NCBI GenBank assembly: GCA_964501245.1
Contig: CAZCSE010000001.1
Span: forward strand, 27,020-91,019
Length of the DNA: 64,000 nucleotides
Source of the DNA: Candidatus Micrarchaeota archaeon
GTDB lineage: Archaea; Micrarchaeota; Micrarchaeia; Micrarchaeales; CABMGC01
Direction of reading: 5' to 3'
A program made the translations under genes and the position numbers. Positions 63,967 through 64,000 of this stretch are shown here, one piece after another. Below the pieces are notes generated by a model. That model was given only the letters and a program-made list of their open reading frames with translations. It was not told the DNA's origin and ran no database searches. Position 1 is the stretch's first letter. Every line of letters starts with the position of its first letter.

Positions 63967-64000
63967 ATAACCAGTATTAAATTTCTGACAAACATTATAA

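Noticed and set aside
1-64000. Search for tRNA, rRNA, CRISPR arrays, transposases or integrases
   Set aside because: I found no T-arm-like GGTTCGAATCC in any intergenic region. The only GGGTTCGAAC lies inside cysN coding sequence. I found no regularly spaced repeats. No DDE, tyrosine or serine recombinase motifs appear in any ORF. I therefore report none.

Overview
Gene-dense 64-kb segment with about 80 supportable genes on both strands. It reads as an archaeal chromosome. My guess is a Thermoplasmata-like or related lineage, based on these features: split transketolase, KaiC-like ATPase, Lrp/AsnC and stand-alone RAM proteins, a tricorn-factor-like M1 aminopeptidase, archaeal-type VapB/PIN pairs, many TTG/GTG starts, 4-nt start/stop overlaps, and AT-rich TATA-like upstream regions. 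The lineage cannot be verified without a database search. All family assignments come from reading motifs by eye in the supplied translations; no searches were run.

Layout:
- 0-1.5 kb: wHTH + minimal nucleotidyltransferase (NTase) pair.
- 1.5-2.4 kb: two GC-richer tandem paralogs of unknown function.
- 2.5-13.3 kb: surface-glycan / nucleotide-sugar cluster (epimerases/dehydratases, CDP-glucose 4,6-dehydratase, split transketolase, GT2s, FkbM methyltransferase, SDR), interrupted at 10.1-11.4 kb by a second wHTH + NTase pair.
- 13.3-18 kb: parvulin, SIMPL-like exported protein, VapBC, ferritin-VIT1 fusion, membrane-embedded single-HKD PLD-like protein, orphan AbiEi-like gene.
- 18.2-21.5 kb: RHH - small basic protein - CysD - CysN-like - MBL hydrolase operon.
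- 21.9-23.9 kb: P-loop-less EF-Tu-domain protein + dehydroquinate-synthase-family enzyme.
- 24-26 kb: decayed RelBE cassette flanked by direct repeats, then a clear AbiEi/AbiEii module.
- 26.2-32.6 kb: co-directional cluster of phosphoryl/nucleotide-handling enzymes (SAM methyltransferase, two Ham1/ITPase paralogs, transglutaminase-like protease, CYTH, HAD, and a PEP-utilising His-swivel enzyme with an unassignable C-terminal domain). This is my first candidate for an undescribed system.
- 34.3-36.9 kb: ABC-2 transporter.
- 37.6-38.2 kb: second VapBC.
- 39.1-44.2 kb: AT-rich block with a KaiC-like ATPase - double V4R-like protein - UbiA prenyltransferase operon, plus a duplicated Lrp/AsnC regulator and a RAM-only protein. 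This is my second candidate system.
- 45-50 kb: interrupted TraB-like gene, Nudix, DUF4143-type ATPase, second decayed RelBE.
- 50-60 kb: housekeeping block (Bcp, M1 aminopeptidase, FNR-like reductase, Cys4-HTH regulator, sufB-sufD-sufC-sufS).
- 60-64 kb: HemK-like methyltransferase, cation/proton antiporter, a Ser/Thr-repeat exported protein, ParA/MinD ATPase.

I found no rRNA, tRNA, CRISPR array, transposase or integrase. Coordinates that I derived by hand for non-ORF-track elements may be off by 1-2 nt.
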